Assembly: GCF_001194135.2 (NCBI RefSeq)
Contig: NC_068982.1
Span: 34,058,350-34,114,070, forward strand
Direction: 5' to 3'
Length of the DNA stretch: 55,721 nucleotides
Origin: Octopus bimaculoides
Lineage: Eukaryota
Part shown: in pieces, positions 49,878 to 55,721 of the stretch
How positions within the stretch are numbered: the stretch's first letter is position 1
How the letters are laid out: each line of letters starts with the position of its first letter
Position numbers and translations under genes: made by a program
The notes under the pieces: generated by a model
Databases searched by the model: none
What the model was told of the DNA's origin: nothing
What the model saw: only the letters and a program-made list of their open reading frames with translations

Positions 49878-50486
49878 GTATATGAATTTTTTTTCCATTA
49901 TATTTTATCATGCATTCTTTTGTGAACCATAACTTTGTTGGTAACAGATTTCACTGTTCACTGAATTTATGCGTATAACAGGGACAATAAATTGTCCAGA
50001 CCATCAACTGTTGGGTAAGAAGCTTCTGAACACTGTGACATCTGTCCTACCCTAAATAATAATTTCTATCTTAGGCATAATGTAGTTGATTAACTAAACC
50101 TCATTTCTTGTTTTAATAACTCTCAAAAAGATGAAAAGTAAAGTCAATTTTGGTAGGATTTGAACTCAGAATGTAAATGGACATTAGTGCTAAAATACAA
50201 TATGGAATTTCATTTTCAGCTCTGCCTATTTTTCCATCCACCAGCCTAAGCATGCTAAATAAAATTGATTTCTAATGTATGCATTTGACCACAAATTTTG
50301 AGGAAGAGTGCTGTTGATATATTATTTTATTGATTACAGAAAAATTAAACGTTAAAATGATCAGGGAAAAATTGAATACAGAATATAAAAGGCTATGATT
50401 AAATAACAAGCTGCAGAACTTTCTTAATCCATCTATTCTATGTTAACAAAGAGAGAATAATTCACATTACTTTTTGTTCTTTCCAG

Positions 50487-50573
50487 CTGCTTTATCCTTT
50501 AGGGGAGAAGAGTCCAATCAATAACTTCTTAGAGAAAAACAAGAATGGTGGAATGCATCACATTTGTATTGAG
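50487..50573 (+). CDS. MCEE: MCEE exon 5
   Basis: Acceptor tttccag|CTG, donor GAG|gtattt. LLYPLGEKSPINNFLEKNKNGGMHHICIE. Confidence 0.96.
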
Positions 50574-52555
50574 GTATTTCTTTTTTACATATTGGTGTAT
50601 TTTATTTTGTTTATTTTGATAAGGGTGGTAGTTTTAAGAGCTTGTTTACTCATAGTTACGTTGGTAAGTATGTTAATTATTCCCTGTCCCTAATTGTGTG
50701 AATATTATTCACACAAATAATGTTACATGAAGCTTATAGTACCATAAGTATTATTGATAAAGTTACACCATGGCTGTGAGGTTAATGTGTTGGGCTACAA
50801 ATTCAAAGTTATCAGTTCAAAATTTACTATAGTATTGTATTGTGTCCTTGGGTAACACACACAATTCCATTTTTCTGACTTTGTTTTACAAAACTTGTTT
50901 CATTCAAAATTTGGTTAGTTAACAAAAGGATAAGCTTCTAGCTTGAACGGTATGCAGAATACTTGTTTTTTCTGCTCTCCATCTCAGCCATACCATCATG
51001 GAAATATGTATATAAAGTATTTAATGGTGAATTTGAAAAATTCCAGATTTTCTGTTTAAAGTGTTGTGTTGCCTTTCTAGAAAAGTGAGGCCTATTTTTG
51101 TGATGACTTCTGACTTTTGCTATGGTCATAGCTGTTTCTTCCACCAGTATATCCATTTATGTAGGAGTTAACAGGTTCTTTTACTCTGTCTTCTTCATTA
51201 TTGTTTTGAGGGCTGTTACTAGGATCTTTGATGCAGAGTTCAATCTGAACCCCATCCCAAACAAACAGTAGATCTTACCCTTATATTTTACCAGCCAGTA
51301 TTTTCACAATTTCTCAACCACACAAAACTGCAGTTGGGTTGATTTTAAATCAGCAATTGTAAATGCTCCTGTCACTTGTCACCACTCTCACACGTTCTCC
51401 TTTCAAACATCTATAGCTTCACTGTCTCTGTGACACACTATGTAGTCATTTAACTCTCAAAAGTGTAACCTTAATTTCTATTGACAGACCTACCACTCTC
51501 AAGGATAACACTCCATTTTTCATCATCTTTCTCCACCTAGCTTCTTTTCTATCAACTGCTTATATGCTACTCATTCCATTCCATCTATCCTCCAGCCACA
51601 GTGTTGCTAAAGTGGTTCTGCAACCCATGTCAATGAGATCTCTTCTCTCCCTATCAGAACTTTCACTACAGTTAATCAATGTAGAAGCATTTTTGCTCAA
51701 TCAACAGAGTAAAATTGGTGATGCAATAACCTCTCTTTTGACTGTTTGCCTGGCTACAATAGCTCTCTGAATGATCAACTTGGTTTGCAACTGCCCTCTT
51801 CCCTTCTCAAGACCTCACAGATCTAAACTTGCTGTCTTATTACAGTCAGTTCTGCCTTTGTCAGTATTGCAAGATTCAATGTTAATACCCTATTCTTGAT
51901 CACTAAATCTCTGACAGCCATGCTCTCAATGTTTGGCAACTGTTGAAGTCTTCCAGAAATGTGATCAGGGAAACCAGTTGCAAACTCTTTCTAACCTGTT
52001 TCCAATAAATTAGGCTAGCCCAGCCTAACCACCTTCTTGTCTATTAGCAAAAACATCCACCTGTTTCCTGGTACATTTAACTCTTCTTAACAGAGTGTTT
52101 GTGGCTATAGGTTACAAGCACACTCTGTTAAAACATCTTTTAGGTAAGGGTTGGCAATGAGTATAGTGAAGAATTCTAGGTAGAAGTAGGGGTTCACCAA
52201 GGATCAGTCCTCAGCCCCCTCTTACTCATAGTCCTCCAAGCAATAACAGAGGAATTCAAGACAGGCTGCAACTTACCACTTGTATACAGCATACATCAAC
52301 ATGTCTCCATTCAAGCATCTCTACAGTCTCACTAGACCTACCTTTCAGTGTGGGTTTATATCCCTTGCAAATATCAACTCACTGAACTTACCCTGGTATT
52401 TATTAAAATAAAAGAAGACTTACAAAGATGAATTTATTTTCTAAAATTCAGCAAAATAGATAATTTCTACTTGATTTCACATAATATTTAATGGTTTCAT
52501 ATTCATTACCATTTAGCATAAATATATCTTAGGAAATGGAAAATATTTTCATAAC

Positions 52556-52665
52556 TTTGCCAAATCAGATTGGAGCCTGGTGTAGCTATCTGGTTTCACT
52601 AGTCCTCAGTCAAATCGTCCAACCCATGCTAGCATGGGAAGTGGACGTTAAACGACGATGATGAT
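52556..52665 (+). mobile_element. Short 5'-truncated RTE-tail copy (MCEE intron 5)
   Basis: ccaaatcagattggagcctgg...ggacgttaaacgacgatgatgat. Confidence 0.85.
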
Positions 52666-52811
52666 TCATTTTCTTATATTGGCAGATGTTAGATGAACTT
52701 GTGTTCTTTTCTTGGTGTAGCTGTGTCTGTTTTCTTGCCACTGCTTTTAAATGCATTTCTGACAAAGTTCTTTTTTGTTTTTGTTTTTTTTTCAAAACCT
52801 TATCTCCACAG

Positions 52812-52964
52812 GTTGATGACATTAAGAAAACTGTGAAAGACTTACGTTCCAAAAATATCCGGTTACTCTCTGATGATGTTAAAATTGGAGCCCATGGGAA
52901 GCCTGTAATATTTGTCCATCCAAAAGACTGTAATGGAGTGCTTGTTGAGTTTGAACAGTGCTAA
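52812..52964 (+). CDS. MCEE: MCEE exon 6 (terminal)
   Basis: Acceptor ctccacag|GTT. VDDI...KIGAHGKPVIFVHPKDCNGVLVEFEQC then stop, the diagnostic MCEE C-terminus. The CDS totals 504 nt = 167 aa + stop. Confidence 0.97.
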   Translation, partial: VDDIKKTVKDLRSKNIRLLSDDVKIGAHGKPVIFVHPKDCNGVLVEFEQC

Positions 52965-53045
52965 TGTGAACTAATTACTACTAACAGACTTGACATTGAC
53001 ATTCCTTTTGTTTTGTTAGGATTATTGAGAAAATGTTGTGATGTA

Positions 53046-53051
53046 AATAAA
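53046..53051 (+). other. Candidate MCEE polyadenylation signal
   Basis: AATAAA about 80 nt after the stop, followed by GU/U-rich sequence. Confidence 0.45.
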
Positions 53052-53418
53052 ACATAAAAGTTTGTGATTGTTATTTCTCAAAATATATCTTGTACAAATG
53101 TAACATTTAGTCAATTGCTTAACTCTTTCCTATCAGAAATATCTATCTGCAGCCTCATTACCTTTAGTAAACACAACTATATTGTGTTTGTCGTCTTCTC
53201 CATTGGATGATTTAAGAATTGTCAATTGAAGCATAGTACAATCTCCATGGTAACTAGTTACAGTTAGATTATCTACGAAATTTTTAAATTACATTTTTCT
53301 GCTGGAGGTTCTGCAGCACTAGTTGTTAACCACTTTGAAAAAATTATGAATATTATTACTTTCATTTTCCTTTTTTATCTCATATATTTCTGGAGAAGAA
53401 TAGTTAAAGCAAAAGAGC

Positions 53419-53930
53419 ATCATCAACATCATCATCATCGTTTAACGTCTGCTTTCCATGCTGGCATGGGTTGGATGATTTGACTGAGGACTGGCGAACC
53501 AGATAGCTGTACCAGGCTCCAATCTGATCTGCCAGAGTTTCTACAGCTGGATGCCCTTCCTAACGCCAACCACTCTGAGAGTGTAGTGGGTGTTTTATGT
53601 GCCACCAGCATGAGGGCCAATCAGGCAATACTGGCAATGGCCATGCTCAAATGGTGTTTTTTACATGCTACCTGCACAGGAGCCAGTCCAGCAGCACTGG
53701 TAAAGACCTCGCTCGAATATTTTTTCACATGCCACCGGCACAAGTGCCAGTAAGGCAACACTGGTAACGATCACGCTCAAATGGTGCTTTTTACGTGCCA
53801 CCGGCATGGGAGCCAGTCAGCTGCTCTGGCAATGATCATGCTCGGATGGTGCTCTTAGCGCTCCACTAGCACAGATGCCAGTCATGCGGTGCTGTCATCG
53901 AATTTGATTTCGATTTCAATTTCACTTGAC
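53419..53930 (-). mobile_element. Long RTE-tail copy with about five tandem units, downstream of MCEE
   Basis: Reverse complement of the family tail plus five gtggcacg/cacc-type units. Confidence 0.88.
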
Positions 53931-55377
53931 TCAACCCTGAACTGAATATTGTTTTCAAGAAGATAAAAGAAAAGAAAGCACAATAGGTGGAGTCTGTAGA
54001 TTTAAAGTTGATAAAAGGAACTTTACATGACAATCTTGCAACAGTATTGGAAATCTTGTTACAGAACTTTAAAGAATATAGTTGCATGTTAGTAATCTTA
54101 TCGTAGAACATTATATGATAACTTTGCAAGAGTGGTAAAAAAAAAAAGTACCATCAGGGCTCAGTCCTCAGTCCCCTTTATAATAGTCTTCTAAGGAACA
54201 ACAGTAAAGTTTAAGACTGGCTGTTTGTGGGAACTTCTGTTTCCTTATGACCTTGTTCTCAAGACATTCCAGACATGGAATTTAGAATCGAAAGCCTTCA
54301 AGTAAATCTACCAAGGGAAAAGGTTTTGGTTTACAAGGAAGAAGATAGGATACTACTGCTATTTCTGCTTCTCCCTTTGCTAAGAAACTATTGCCTAGCT
54401 TCTCTTCTAACTACCTTATATAATTCTCTACTTCCCCCATTCTTCCCAAGCTTGTCTCATCACTTTTATGGTTCTATCTACCTCACTGTTCCACCAACAC
54501 AGTGCTCTGTAACTTAGCACCAGCCACAGATTTTGTCTGCAGCTCTCAGTAGGTTGTCCCTTACAAACTCCCTCTTGTCCTCTATGCTGTATGTTTATAT
54601 ATCCTCTTTACCATCAAACACTTCAGTTAAATTTACTCTAAATCTCTGACTGTTTGATGGATCTTTAAGCTTCTATATCCTCCTTTCCCAGACTAACATG
54701 TGTCTCTGAGTCCTTCTAGCTATAGATCTGAAGTTACTACCCACTAATTTATGTTGGATTGTACATTATTTACCAAAGAAGGACTTTACTTTTACAATCA
54801 TCTATCTTATTTTCTGGTCAGAAAATAGCCAGTCTAGCTCATATGCCTATCACATTGATAGGTGATCAGCTGGTTTCCTGATGTTAGTGTTGAAGATCAT
54901 CAAGCCCATTAGCCTTGTTCCATCCTAATCTACAATCAAACCCATAAATTTCATGTAAACTTTGGAATATATATATATATATAATTATTATTATTATTAT
55001 TATTAAGGCCAGTAAAACAAATTCTAATAAAAAGAAGTGAGAGTAAAATGTGAATAAACTACCTTTATATTTAATATAAATAAGTATAAAGTTTATTGGT
55101 ATTTCAATAAAAACAGTAGTAAGTCAAAGCAATTAGCCAGAATACTCACTGGGATAAAAGTCATTAAGGGAAAATAAAATAAAAAAGCATTTATTTTATT
55201 TGAACAGGACACTCAATTCCATTAGGTTGTGCAACAACATCAACATCATCATCATCATCATTTCATTGTTATTATGTTAAATTGTCATATGTCCAAATTT
55301 GTTTTTTTCAATATTTATTTTTACTTGCAAATAGCTGGTTCTTTTGGTCAAACTGTCATATCTCCAACTGCTTCAGA

Positions 55378-55721
55378 AGCCATCATCATCATTATCATCA
55401 TCGTTTAACGTCCACTTTCCATGCTAGCATGGGTTGGACGATTTGACTGAGGACTGGTGAAACCGGATGGCAACACCAGGCTCCAATCTGATTTGGCAGA
55501 GTTTCTACAGCTGGATGCCCTTCCTAACACCAACCACTCAGAGAGTGTAGTAGGTGCTTTTACATGTCACCCGCATGAAGGCCAGTCAGGCAGTACTGGC
55601 AACGGCCACGCTCAAAATGGTGTATTTTATGTGCCACCTGCACAAAAGCCAGTCCAGGGGCCCTGGCAACGATCTCGCTCGAAAATCCTACGAAGGCCAG
55701 TCAGGCGGTACTGGCAACGGT
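55378..55721 (-). mobile_element. RTE-tail copy (truncated by the window edge)
   Basis: Close reverse complement of 1-365. Confidence 0.9.

Noticed and set aside
51100-52130. Probable old LINE debris (also 28900-29590 and 54270-54950)
   Set aside because: The composition suggests retroelement origin, but I could not read diagnostic motifs, so it is left unannotated.
52925-52940. MCEE DCNGV versus human DCGGV as a possible A-to-I recoding site (AAT to GGT)
   Set aside because: It needs double editing, the position varies among homologues, and DNA alone gives no evidence.

Overview
AT-rich, intron-rich animal genomic DNA with six assembly gaps (2173-2254, 6027-6142, 17646-18445, 25917-26710, 27428-27527, 46614-47089). 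The repeat families and (TA)/(CA)/(GAT) microsatellite load look like an octopus (coleoid cephalopod) genome; this is inference. I reconstructed three spliced genes by hand from GT-AG sites with consistent reading phase. (1) GLMP/NCU-G1 on the minus strand: 5 coding exons visible, 18719 to 574, with the 3' end beyond the left edge. (2) An EPHX4/EPHX3-like epoxide hydrolase on the plus strand: 6 exons, 25093-37825, 346 aa. (3) Mitochondrial methylmalonyl-CoA epimerase MCEE on the plus strand: 6 exons, 43808-52964, 167 aa. Most of the rest is transposon-derived: two tRNA-derived SINE families, an RTE-tail retroelement carrying tandem hairpin units, RTE, CR1-like and HERO-like LINE relics, a TIR-to-TIR Buster/Charlie hAT, an unassigned DNA transposase relic and several MITEs. 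I found no clearly new multi-gene system. The best leads are the all-phase-0 micro-exon design of MCEE with an overlapping uORF that stops across a splice junction, inverted repeat pairs in introns of all three genes (candidate ADAR substrates), the hairpin-array RTE derivative, and a young TIR element whose empty site survives in a nearby paralogous repeat.
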